64,000 nt of DNA from Entomortierella parvispora E1425. Taxonomy: Eukaryota > Fungi > Mortierellomycota. Shown piece by piece: positions 50,031-62,000 of the stretch (within the stretch, counting starts at the first letter, position 1; each line of letters opens with the position of its first letter). Below the pieces are notes generated by a model, which worked only from the letters and a program-made list of their open reading frames with translations, was not told the DNA's origin and made no database searches. Position numbers and translations under genes: made by a program. The DNA is taken from assembly GCA_020891255.1 (NCBI GenBank), contig BQFW01000010.1:930001-994000 (forward strand), read 5' to 3'.

Positions 50031-50518
50031 ATTAGATAGATACTGTTAGCGTCAACGATGAAGCTGTTGAGCTGAAAGTGGCCAATCTTTTTGTTGAATT
50101 TACCACCGTCCGACAATGGACTCCACTGGCCGCCGTGAGAGGTCGATACTGTGATGGCGGGAGTCGAAGTGGCGTTTCCTGGTTGTCTGACAAACGTCTT
50201 GGAAGTCCTGATGTGAAATACTCGCCGCCCATTAGTCTTTTATGAGTCCTCGAGATTCAGCAACCACGTTCTAGTAGGGCACATCGCTGGTCATACTTTG
50301 CAAAGGGGATAAAGTCAAGCTCGTGCCTGCCTTCGCCCGGTGGAAGCGACGGGAGGGAGGAAGAGCAAGGATTCGCAGCAAGGAGCGTGTTCATGTTGTT
50401 GAGGATTCACAGAGTGGTGATCCTGTGGAGAGGATTGATCAACGGGGAGAGATGAGAAGAAAAAAAGGACGTTTTTTTTTTATTTTTTTTATTTTATTTT
50501 TTTTGATTCTGCAGCTTA

Positions 50519-52069
50519 TCACTGTTGCAGAAGCTGCAGATGACCTCGAGGGCTATGAAGAGCAACGCAGATTCCACCGTCCTTAAAGACTTCTCGAATC
50601 TCCATGAGCTCCTCCACGGACACGAATATCATCCCAGAAATCACATCCAGACGTCTCCAATGCTTCACCATCCACAGCGCATCCGACTTTTTCATTTTTT
50701 GACATCCTGGAACAACCAGGATTCGCAACTCATTCAGTCCTTGCAGGCAAGCCAGCCCAGATTCCAAGTTGAAGTCGAGCCACGAGTCCGTCCTGCTTTC
50801 AACAAACGCCTGGACCCTCTTCAAGTTCAGGGTCTCGATCGCAACCAAGTGGGATAGTTGCTTGTAGAGACCATCGCGTTCAAAGGAGTGACTCTCACCG
50901 GCCTCACCGGTGGGGAGACAATCAAGAAGAACAGGTAACACAAGGACTTTGAGCCGCTCACTACAGGGCCACAGTCGTCCTGGGGTCAGGTCTTTAGCGA
51001 GTACCGTTGTACCCTTGAAGCTCTCTAGTAACGGACAAGTCTCCAATAGGGTCACCAGACTAATGCTTGGGGCAGAGATATCTAGCTCTCGAAGGGTCTG
51101 AAAATGGTGCCCAAGCTCAGTGCACTCCGCGAGGTCAATATTATGGCACCATGTTAACTGCTGGATGTTGACCATGGCGCCGATAGCACGGACAAAAAGA
51201 CCATCTTTGCCGGACCTGATGAACCTACATGGCAGGATCAAAGAATGGAGATTTTTCCAGGTGCCAGCTTCCATCACCCTACACAGAGCATCAAGACAAT
51301 CAACATCGCCATCAGTATTTGCGACCAGACATTCGAGAGCCGGAAACCATTGTCCAATGATTGGCCACCATGGCGCGATGCCTCCATCGTAGCTGTCTCT
51401 GAGAATCGTCAGATGCTTCACAGTGGACTTGCACGCATGGCTCTCGGATGAGAGGTTCTTCTGAAATTTCCCAAAGTCTGATACCCTGCTAAGACTCGGG
51501 AGGAGAAAGGTAACCCTGCTCAACGGCGAACAAGATTTCAGAAACGACGCAAAGGTGGCTTCACGGAGCCAGAACGGTGTACCCAATGCTACTACCTCCT
51601 CCAGCGCCTTACAACTCCTCAATACATCCCAAAACTTGCTACTAGCAATCTCTTGGGCAATGTGGATTGATTTCAGGGAGTGTGAGTTGTTGTAAAGGAA
51701 TCTGCCAGAAATCTCTTCGCCCACACCCCAGCCAAGTTTGTCGTTGTGCCCATAGCCATCGCCTGGGCGATAGTCCATAGAATCTACAAATCGGACGGTT
51801 GTCAGTTTGTCCAACCCTTGGACATGAAATAGCTCCACATCAGCAGTGTCATGGACATCCAGATGATGCACAAAGTGCCCGTTCTTCCTGAAAGAGTCCA
51901 CGCTAGGCCCGAAACAGGACAAGGCTATTGTTCTGTACAGCCGCGGCGTGAACGAGGCGTTCCAGTCGCGACACACGAGCGCGCAAGCCGCTAGGCCCAT
52001 TACGTCCAGTTGGGTGGCTATTCTTGAGCGGATCTCATGCAGGTCCAGCGGATGAGTCTTGAACACCAT
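50519..52069 (-). CDS. F-box/LRR-like protein of the expanded Mortierellaceae type
   Basis: HPLDLHEIRSRIATQL...LAACALVCRDWNASFTPRLYRTI (F-box-like); C-terminal WPCSERLKVL, LYKQLSHL and LDFNLESGLACLQGLNELRIL. Confidence 0.8.
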   Translation of the reverse strand: MVFKTHPLDLHEIRSRIATQLDVMGLAACALVCRDWNASFTPRLYRTIALSCFGPSVDSFRKNGHFVHHLDVHDTADVELFHVQGLDKLTTVRFVDSMDYRPGDGYGHNDKLGWGVGEEISGRFLYNNSHSLKSIHIAQEIASSKFWDVLRSCKALEEVVALGTPFWLREATFASFLKSCSPLSRVTFLLPSLSRVSDFGKFQKNLSSESHACKSTVKHLTILRDSYDGGIAPWWPIIGQWFPALECLVANTDGDVDCLDALCRVMEAGTWKNLHSLILPCRFIRSGKDGLFVRAIGAMVNIQQLTWCHNIDLAECTELGHHFQTLRELDISAPSISLVTLLETCPLLESFKGTTVLAKDLTPGRLWPCSERLKVLVLPVLLDCLPTGEAGESHSFERDGLYKQLSHLVAIETLNLKRVQAFVESRTDSWLDFNLESGLACLQGLNELRILVVPGCQKMKKSDALWMVKHWRRLDVISGMIFVSVEELMEIREVFKDGGICVALHSPRGHLQLLQQ

Positions 52070-52378
52070 GCTCGTGAAGAGGAATTAGGCAAGAGTGTTG
52101 ATGGAATGAGACAAGATGGATGATGAAGTGGGCCCTGCCCTCTCACCGCCGCGTGCGGTTTATTTGCGGAGTTTCAAAGTTAGTTCCTGTATCCCGTGTG
52201 GATTCTGAGCACTTCTCGGAATTGGAATCGACCATCACGTGACTAGTTCTGAAGGCACTTCTTTTTTCTCGAGGCCCGGATTGGCTGAAAGACGGAATCA
52301 GAGTAGTGGGAATCTGGGTAGGAATCTGGAGTATGAATCGCCTCGGGGAACAAAAATATTTACCCAAATCAAGTTAAT

Positions 52379-52394
52379 TGAATGCATGCATTCA
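52379..52394. repeat. Perfect 16-bp palindrome TGAATGCATGCATTCA
   Basis: Self-reverse-complementary; about 95 bp upstream of the Crypton recombinase start codon. Confidence 0.9.
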
Positions 52395-52489
52395 TTATAA
52401 AATGAGCAAGGTCATTGCGCATTTCCTTCTTTCTTGCCTCTCTTCCACAAACCAACTAGAAATACACCGTCCTACCCCTTTCGACAGCC

Positions 52490-53166
52490 ATGCCACACAG
52501 ACAGCAGTGTCCGGTTAAAACCACGGCGAGCTCGCCGCCAAAAACCCGAGGAGAAATGAGACTCATTCGCGAACAGGAACATGAGCTTGCTGCTGCCGCC
52601 ACTGCCCGAAGCAGACGCCGGTTGCGTAGCCAAAAAGAGGATCAGTCCACCTTCTCCACCTTACCTGACTCTCGTCCTAGAAGACGCAAGGCAGAAGATC
52701 CGTTGAACCGTGGCAGCAAACGTCCGTCTCACGCACCCGCACTTGGTCATGAAGGAGCCCTCGCTGATCCTCACATGCAACTGGAAGAGGGACTTGCAAT
52801 TGACACGTCTGCCTTGTCAACCAACGAACAGCTTGATAGTCAAGAGTCAGCCGAAGCAGCTGCCACAGTCGTTGGACCATTGGTATCAGGGACTACAAAT
52901 CATTCACTCCAAGGAGAGCATACAGTGCCGGAAAGTTATGAAGAGCTTTGGGCTGAGGCGCTGGCAAAAGCATCGGCGGGAGCATCGCCAGGAACAACCT
53001 CAGCTTTAGCTAGCCTTGCCGCGGCGGCTGCCGAGGTAGAACGAGCGGGTCAAGCAGCTGGAACAGATGGTCAGCCAGCCTTAAGAACATCGGCCACGAC
53101 CACGGCGACAGAGGCAACAGCAACAGTGGAAACATTGGCAACAGTGGAAACATTGGCAACAGCGGT

Positions 53167-53211
<45 letters not shown>

Positions 53212-56200
53212 AACTACTGCAGCAGCATCACTGGCTCGCCGACGGAGGAACCAAGGTCCAGCTGTTGGGACAGCAAAACGTGGTCGACCATCCAAAGTTA
53301 GACCAGGTAAGTGTGCGAGACTTTCTTTGTTATATATCTTATACCATCGTCATTGACCTCCGTTTGATTCTATAGAGGATCGCTATGTGAACATCATGTC
53401 GTTGGCAACTCCGTCTCCAACATCAGCGACGACGGCACAGGCGGCGGCGATGCCAGGACCCACAAGAACTCCGTCACCAATAGCGGCAACAATTTCGCTA
53501 ACAGAAGCAACAGCATTGTACCCACAGCAAACTGTGAACAAGGGAAAAGGGAGACGGTTTGAAGAGGATGATCTTGAAAGAATTGGTACGTTTGATGATA
53601 GCACGGCGATTTATATTCTTTTGGGTCAAGTGCTCACCCCCCCCCCCCTCCATTTCTCCTTTCTCTAGAGGAGGAATTGTACGATAGTGACTCTGACGAT
53701 GAAGATGAGCTAGATCCGGTGGAAGGTGAAGATACTATGGGAGTCAGGGCTCAAGGGGACAAGATTCATGAGGTTATATCTGTCAGCAACAGTGAAAGTA
53801 TGTGCAGTGTTGATGCATCAACACGTATAATGGTATATTGGAAACAAATGACTAATAATATTTATCTTTACAGCTCTTTCGTTTGCAAACCTAATGCTTG
53901 AGCTGGTTGCCACCCCAGTTTCTGGATCCAGTATATCAGGTGCAAATGCTGTTGATGATGAACTCAAAGCCTTTGCACAGGAATACAGTTCACAGCAGCG
54001 AGAACAAGATGCTTACATCGAGACCATGGTGAAGAGCCCCCCGAAAGCAGCGAGTACTCAACGCTCATACAAAGCATGGTTGGCAAAGTGGAAAGTAAGT
54101 CAATACGCCTGTGGTTACTAAGTTAGAAGCGTGAATGGAGGACCAAGACTAATTGTTATTTATCTTCAAGATATATTGCTTGAAAAACTACAGCGACGCG
54201 GACTTACCCTTTGAGGTTGAAGAAAATAAGGCCCATGTTTTCTTCAAGGACGTAGTGTTCAATCGGACAACAACCAAAACATTTCACGACATGTCCTGCA
54301 AGACAAAAAAGATACTGGTTGACCGCCTGAAAGATCCTTCCCAACAGCCCCACTTCCGCCAACCCCCGTCGGACCAACACTGGCGTAATAGGCAGAGAGC
54401 AGCTGGAGAAGACCAGACTATAGACAGCCAATCTCCGCAGCGTGTTATTGACATGGACAGACGTAAGATCGATGATGCCTGATCGGAATCTCAAGATTTT
54501 CCTGCCAATCTCACCTCTGCGTTTTATTTCTCTATTTCTCTTGTGCTCTTTTAGTTTTGGCTGATGTCGCGGAGGATAAGGATGGGAAAAAGAAGATTGT
54601 ATGTCCTCTCGCGTATCAAACGGTAGTGATGGCTCGAAAAGCGGTCACTTACTTACATCTCCGGCAGAAAGGGCGACAGGAGGCAGGATCATTGAGGAGA
54701 AATCCCTTTCCTCTCATCACAGGAAGTACGGTGATAAAGACTCTGTTTGAAACCTACAAGCAGAGCCTTGTTTACGGCCAATTTGGTACGGGACGCGACC
54801 CAACTGCAAATTGCATACTACGCAACTCTTACGACCGAAATCAACACCTCCGCATGCTAGCAGATACATGGCAATCAATTGACAATCCAGCGTTACTACT
54901 GGCAATGCGAGAGCACTTTGCTATTGCCGCTCGGCATGCTATGTTGCTTCGGGATGAAGACCTCCGCAACTTGAACCAATCCGACTGTTTTTTTCAAGAA
55001 CTCACGGATGCGCAGCACCTTGGTATCCAGAAGATCAACGCATTGGTTTTCTGCCTCCACAAAGGGAAAACGAACCAGAGCGGAGACGCCCAGTATGCGG
55101 TTGCTATACGGCATGCTGATGTTCGTCGGTGCGCAGTTGGAGCTATGGCCTTTTATCTTCTTGAAAGATGGACAGTAAGTTCTTTTTCATTGTATATGTG
55201 AAGATGTACAAGCCTGCAAGCGTGTGCTAATCTTTAAATTTCTAGGTGTTTGGGGACGATACTAGTGTACCTGGCTCAGCGCCTGTGTTTAATGATGCAT
55301 GGTTGGAGCACAAGGTGTTGCATGGCGCAGGAAAGGAGTCGCATGAACCGATTTCTTATTCAGCGACACGCGACTCCACTTTCAAAGTTTTAAAGCGACA
55401 GTGCATCCGATGTGCTCACATCACTCATTCAGGGCGCCACAGCGGTGCACTGGAAGGGCAAAGATTGGGGATTCTTCTGGAAGATATCCGTAATGGGGGT
55501 CGCTGGACACAAGGCGCGCAGAAAGTACAAGAGTTTTACTTGAATGGCTTTCCATCTCCGTTTGCATTGGGCATCGCAGGATTTCAAAAGGGCGCTTTTC
55601 ACTTGGCGAGAAACGAGGAATGGCCATCACTAGATCTCCAGCGACAAATCTTTCCATTCGTCGAGACCGCTCTGTATAGCAACGACTCTGACAAGCGTCA
55701 GCAGTGGATCGAAGAGTGCAACAGGGTCATGATGGACCGGGATCCAACCAAGATCAAGGCAACGAACGACTATGTAAGACCTTATAATAACAGCCAGCAG
55801 TCAAGAGGAGGAAAGGACAATGGATTCATGTCGACTCCTCAGCACCACTTCTTACTCATGCTGGTTCGGATGAGGAGCATTATCTTGCAAGATGCAGCGG
55901 CTTATATTGCGGCCTTCAACGATGCCAAAGGCAAAGGGAAGGTATCCCCAGAGGCTGACTACAGAAGTGAGAATCCGGCCTTGGATCGAGACATCTTCAA
56001 GTCTGAGGCGTTTATTGCTTTCCAGAGCCGCGTAGAAGCAGCAATTGTGAGGCTGGAGGTTCCTGTGCCCCAGATGTTAGCTCCTGGAATGATTGAATAC
56101 TTCCAGAACATGAACAATTCGATGGCCTCTCTGGGAAAGAGTGTGCAAGATTTGCAGGAACAACTATTGCGCCAACAACCGCAGGATGTAACAGCTTTTT

Positions 56201-57087
56201 TGACAAAATGGACAGAGTGGAATCAAGGATGGACCTCCAGGGAACTGGCTCGCGTAATGCAGTCTTTTAATCCACAGGTACAACAATCTATGGCCCCTCC
56301 GCAATCACACCCACAGGCAGTCTGGCAACAACAACCGCAATCTCAGCAACCATACCCACAGCAGCCACAACTGTACCCACAACAGCCACAGCATTTATAC
56401 CCTCAACAGCCACAGCCACAACAACCATACCCACAGCAACAACAACAACAACAACAACAACAGCAACAACCATACATACAACAACAGCCATACATACAAC
56501 AGCAGCAGCAACCTGGTCAACAGCTTCAACAAGTTCAACACCAACCATCATTTTTCTACGGGCTGCCAGCACTGAAAGGAACCTCCCCTCAGGTGCCACG
56601 ACCTGGATTGCCGCCAGTTTGACAATCAACGGCGGGACCAGAGAAGTCTTTTGCCGAGTTTCTTCAAAGCCAGGTCCAGGTCCAAGTACAAATACAGCCA
56701 CAGCCCACGCGAGCACTTTCAAGACGCACTGCAGACAGACCCCAGTTTGCTCTACTCACAGAAAAACAACATGGGAACCATTGCCTATCAATTGAGCAGA
56801 TCATTGATGAACACCATCGGTTTAAAGAATTCAAAGCGAGGTACCCGCACAACCGCCAGGACGGCAAAGTCATGAAAACTCTCAACAACAGGGCGCGTAT
56901 AATAAAGGAGGTGGACTTTATCATGAATGGAGAGCCAAGAAAGACGCAAGCAGAGGCGATAGAAGAGCTCTCCAATGTTCTAGTTCCAAATACCTCGGGC
57001 GAGATGGAGCATTGGACATCAATCAATCGACTTTTTAAATATTGCCAGGCAAAGAAAAAGGAGAGAGGCACAATGATAACTTCGTAG
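52490..57087 (+). CDS. Crypton-type tyrosine recombinase (Ndc10 domain II-like) with AT-hook and Gcr1_C-like C-terminus; one in-frame TGA
   Basis: Seven phase-consistent exons: 52490-53306, 53376-53585, 53669-53797, 53874-54094, 54171-54462, 54555-55174, 55246-57087. Motifs: KRGRP AT-hook; QRSYKAWLAKWK|IYC; LLRDEDLR; KGKTNQSG; RHADVRRCAVGAMAFYL; THSGRHSG; GGRW; EFYL. TGA at 56620-56622 precedes the in-frame C-terminal domain. Confidence 0.85.
53171..53210 (+). repeat. (GCAACG)n hexamer repeat encoding a Thr-Ala tract in the recombinase exon 1
   Basis: About 6-7 tandem units. Confidence 0.9.
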
Positions 57088-57489
57088 TATCCTAAAAACG
57101 CAACCGATCTTGCTTCCAAGCACCACACCACAATCCCCCTTCCCTGAAAGAAAAGAAAATGAAGAACATGGAACACCAGGATGAAATTGAAAGCACGGTT
57201 GCGCACACACCATGCTCAGCATGGTAGAATGGTACGGGAAACGATGATCTGCCGCCCGTTCCTTGGGCCCAGAAAAAAAAAAAAAAGGGCGCTTCGCGCG
57301 AAAAAATAAATTTTTTGCCCTTGGGGGCCAATTCCCGATTCGGGTTTATTATTCTTATTTTCGGCTCTTTCGGCTGTCTCAGAGCCAAACAGAATGCAGA
57401 TAAATAATTTTCGAGTCCGATTTCGCACATGACACCAACCAATACTGTGGCTGTGCATGTCCATCTTGCCCAACTGACAAAAGTTGTAG

Positions 57490-58585
57490 AGGTGGATCCA
57501 CCGCTTGCACTCGGTGCAGGCGCACACACGCATCGAAGGTTTGGCGAGCCTGATCTTCACGCCCTTGCAATACACCTTGGGCACATTGTGGACATAAGGT
57601 ACTCGTCTCGGACAGTACACGCCACATTTACGTCACCGAAGTGGCGAAAATGTGAGTGCACCAACACCCCCGCATGCAGACCTTTGTGTTGGCTGATACA
57701 CAAAGCGGTCTGTCTAACTATTCTGGAAAAAAATCAAGCCGTTATCTTCCTGGTTCTCTGAGTTGCCTCTTCCCTTGCACCTCGCTTGACGCCTAGGCTT
57801 TTGGCGTGAGAGCCAATTGATGATCCACCATAATTTTATTGTGCAGACATGCATGATCCCAAATATTCAACAGCGGGTACTCAACATCGATGTCTTTCGT
57901 GAGGAAGTTGACACTCATGGAAAGTAACTCCCAAAGACATCGTTTGCGGTTTGGAGGTCGATTATGTAGCATGTTCACAAGGCCACAGCCTTTTCACCAT
58001 GGTAGAGCATTCCAAAGGACATCAAAATCTTGAGGAAATGTTTGGGAAATGTTCGTCGAGAATGGCGTTGATCGACGGGATGTTGATATTCCTCAAGAGT
58101 TTCGTGCAAATTTTCTTTTGACGGATGTCATCGATACTTAACATTCTCAACACTAGTGCATTCGCATGAATGGGCTTCCTATACTCCTCCCCTTCTGGAA
58201 ATCTGTCGGCCGGCATGGATATCCACTCAAACAAAGTCATCGCCGTACGATTTCATCCGCAAGAGATTGCGAAGTAAAACAAGCTTGGATAAGTTTCGCA
58301 ATTTTCTTTCGCCAGCAGAATACCATCTGGCGAAATGTCCGAGATGCTTGAAATGTAATCAACGGAAAACTTTTTGGCCAACTTGACGAATTTTGGATTG
58401 GGCATAATGAAGGTGTGTCGTAGTTTATGTGTCGTGAATCTAGACCAGGCTCGGCAAGGGTGGCCTTTCACGGAGCGGAGCAAAGATGAGGTGTGCAGGG
58501 AGGTGGAAACAGGGAGAAGGATCAAAGAACTAAGAGATGAGGTGGAAGAGGGTACCTTTATAGTAAAGGAGGCGCAGTTGCACAT
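57490..58585 (-). pseudogene. Decayed second Fanzor/TnpB-like gene fragment
   Basis: Frameshifted pieces RDEYLMSTMCPRCI / KGVKIRLAKPSMRVCACTECKRWIH parallel the 59030-59299 exon. YRKPIHANALVLRMLSID...LLRNIN parallels IRTDGHELQILGYD...FMRRIE. The left part (58250-58585) is less certain. Confidence 0.75.
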
Positions 58586-58619
58586 GAGAGGATTCTTGTT
58601 CTTGGATTATTAGCCTGCC

Positions 58620-59029
58620 TCCTTTCTTCGAGGCCAAGAGAATCACTTTCTTGATTCTTTGAGTTGCTCCTATTTGTTGTCAATCGCTTTCTTAATTGTC
58701 ATGCACCGCGCCCTGCTCATGTGGACTACATGTACCGCAAAATAACTCGTTTGGGGAAGAAAGTGTCTATCTGACCAGGGCGCAATCGATTATCACTCCT
58801 GGCCTGCTGGTCTGAGAGCCAGTTTCTTGTCTGATGCTTTTATTTGTCGTTCTGCTGTGTTCCAGCTCTCACAATAAAGTCAAGGGGGTAAAGTTCAGGG
58901 GCAAATCGAATCGCAATACCATCCGCTCCGCCAGCCACAGTGAGGTGAAGTTCACAAAAAAAGAGAAACCTCTCTTCAACCAACTTATCTCTTTGTCCGT
59001 AGCCAGACGAGATAAAAATAACTATAACT
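58620..59029 (-). ncRNA. Candidate Fanzor omegaRNA region
   Basis: Non-coding DNA immediately 3' of the Fanzor stop codon with stems TTATCTC/GAGATAA (58985-59015) and GACCAG/CTGGTC plus CCAGG/CCTGG (58773-58812). Position is the main argument. Confidence 0.25.
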
Positions 59030-62000
59030 TCAAATTATAGAGGTTGGAGGGAAGAAGGTGGGGGGTCGCGCGAGCTGGCGCGGTCGGTCTTGCTGCTGGA
59101 CATACCGCTCTCCGATTATCGCAATGTTGTGCGCTCCCACGCAGTCTCTGTGGATCCATCGACCACACTGCGTGCATGCACACGTCCTCATAGAGGGTTT
59201 TGCAAGGCGTGTCGCGACGTTCTTTCCTATGCACGTGGGACACATTGTCGATGAGAGGTATTCATCGCCAATGACGGCCTTGTATCCCATTGTTTGTATC
59301 TATCATAAGCGAGGGAAAAGTTATAATCAATCTGCATGCCCACAAGAGAGAGAGCGCGGACACTACCAAGATCGTGTGTGTTTTTACCTTTCCGAAAAGA
59401 CGCCTCAGGAAAGTGGTGTGCACGGACGTCAGGTTGATGCCTGTTTTAAATTTGCCATTCCCGAGCACAAATATAACCCTCCTTGCTTCAACAGGAACTC
59501 CCTCGCATGCCAATTCCACCAACTTTAAAACACCGTTGACCGCAAGGTCCATTTCTGCGAGTTTGGATTTCTTGTGGTCGTGAGTCGCTTTCTTCCAGGT
59601 TGCTGATGAATAAAACCCGTGTATCAAAGGTTCAAGTTGGAAGTACTGCCGGTGTCTGTTTTCAATGGCTGTAATGTCGTGGTAGTTGAGCGGATGTAGG
59701 GCGTTTTGCAGGTCGTGCAGCGACGGCAACAAAGTTGGGTTGTCTTGGTCCTGACCCTGCTGAGTACAAGCCCACAAGGAAGGGCCTACGCTGTCGTTTG
59801 ATCCTGCTGTTGGTTGGGCCCGTTTGCAATGCTCCGCCCATTCTCGGAATGCAAGCGTCGGCTGATAAAGCGATGACCTTTTCACCGTCAGGTTGACAAC
59901 CCTTTCTCCCGGCAAGCTCACACAAAAGGCGCCACTGACCACCTCTCCTGGATCTATTCCGATAACAACAACTGATTCAAGATCTTGACCGAATTCAGCA
60001 ACCAAACTGTCCTTGTCGGGATACAAGGTCTCGATCCTCCTCATGAACTCTTTGTATCTTGTCGATTTCCGTGGCTTGAAAAGATCATACCCAAGGATTT
60101 GCAGCTCATGCCCATCTGTTCGGATTATGTTGTTCAGGGCATATCGGTATTGTCCGGAAACCTGGGGCGGCATGGGAAGTCGAGGTGGTTCAGGATCCAT
60201 TGTCGATGGTGCCGAGGAGGAGGGCAATGGTTGCTGGGCTGTGAGGGAGTTGTTGTGCAGTCTCCGGTAGTGATTAATACGTCTCTTGTTGTATTGCTCT
60301 AGCACCAGTTGGCCGTATACGTCCGGCAAGGTGTTGCTCCGCTCGTCCATTGAGGTTATTTTCTTCCCGTACGATGTCTGTCTTTTCTTGGCTGCCTTGA
60401 CGGTGGACCGGTCTCCGACAAACAACTGTTTAATGACATTTCCGTAGGAGTTTTTCCGGAGATGATTGGCACGTTGCCGATTGCAGACGGAGGTCATCAA
60501 GATGTCGCCCACTCGTCCGGCTGTTACGCCCCATAGTAATGCCACCAGAGCCTCTTCATTCAGGTCAATGAAAGAGTCTGTCATCCCTGCCTGGACACAA
60601 AACTTTGGCTGTTTTACGGCTGTCGGTATCTGCAGCAAATGACGCCAGCAAAGTCTCAAGTGACCCTTCTTAAACGTCATCTTTTGCGATGCTTTCCTTG
60701 GGTCGTCGTCTGAGTCTTCGTCATCTGCAGACAGTTCGGCTTCGTTGATGGCGTTGTTGATGGCAGCATCTGATGTCTTCTCGTCATCCACTACCCCCAT
60801 AAGCTCGGTGCAGTCTAAAGATAACTTTGTCAACTGCAGCACGCAAAGGTATTCTTCGATTAGAATCAATTTTTTTAGAATGCAGTGATCCAATTTCAAA
60901 AACCACTTCGTTCAGTACCTTGTTGCAGAGAGTGGTCGGCAATTTGCGATAGTGCTGCTTGATTGCTAGACAGATTTTTGGTGTCAGTTCGGCAATGACA
61001 TTGCTCAGGGGGAGGTTGGACGGGTTTAATGCCTCGAACTCCGGGTGGAACGCCTTGAATTCGTCAAAGGTACTTTGTGCTTCCACCACGGCATCCTTGG
61101 ATTGGTCCTTAACAGGACGGCGTCCACCTTTCATGTCAGAGGAGCCTCGCAAGACAAACGATAAAAGATTCTGCACGAATCTTTCTAGCCAGTCTGACTT
61201 TGAGTCCAGGACATTTTCCAGAAACTCGTCCCCAGTGCTGTCGATCAAGTGCCGCAAAATCCTCATCTCCATCATCTTCAATACGTAATGCTTGGCACTG
61301 TTGGTGACGGAGACAGCTTCATCCAGACGCTGGACTACCAGCGTGCTCTCTTCTTTGGAGAGATCTGTGGCACGCAGGAGACATCCTCGCAGAGAACCCA
61401 TGGTCAGAGTAACGGTTGCAAAAGCAGATTTGAAGGATTTTTTAAGAGCCTTGGGACCCGCTGTCGGTGATGTGGGAATAGGAAGCTCCTTCTTGCGTGT
61501 CTTTTTCACTGGGGAAATTGGTGGCCGATCGGACTTTGTAGTTGGTTTACGCGGTTTTGGTTTTTTGGGCGTCGAAGGCGTCAAGTGTGCAAGCTCAACA
61601 TCGTCTATGGGACTTGCAGTCTCCAGCGCAACTGTTTGGGGAAGATATCGATCGTTCAGGTCGGTCCGGGATCGAAATCTAAAGAGGTACATGAACGATA
61701 TGTGAGAACGTTGGAGTTGATGCAACTTTGTCTTTTAGTTCCCAAAAGGATACGAACCTTGATTTCTCCCACTTCTTTCTTCTTTCCTGCTTCCTCTTGG
61801 CCTTCTTCCTTTGTCGCTTCTGCTCCCTTTTCTGTGCACGGCTCGGGTCAGGGACAGGCTGGACGGAGGTCGAAGAGTCTGCCGCATCTGTGGAGGGTGC
61901 TATGTGGTCCGATTCGGCTATTGGTGCTGGTGGTGCCAATGGCGGCTCCGTATGTGGTGGTTTTGCAGGGCCTAGGGCAAAACGGTCCCAACTGCGCTTC

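Noticed and set aside
50032-50232. 66-aa ORF upstream of the hypothetical gene as an extra exon
   Set aside because: Joining it would need a 20-23-nt intron; left as a possible uORF or noise.
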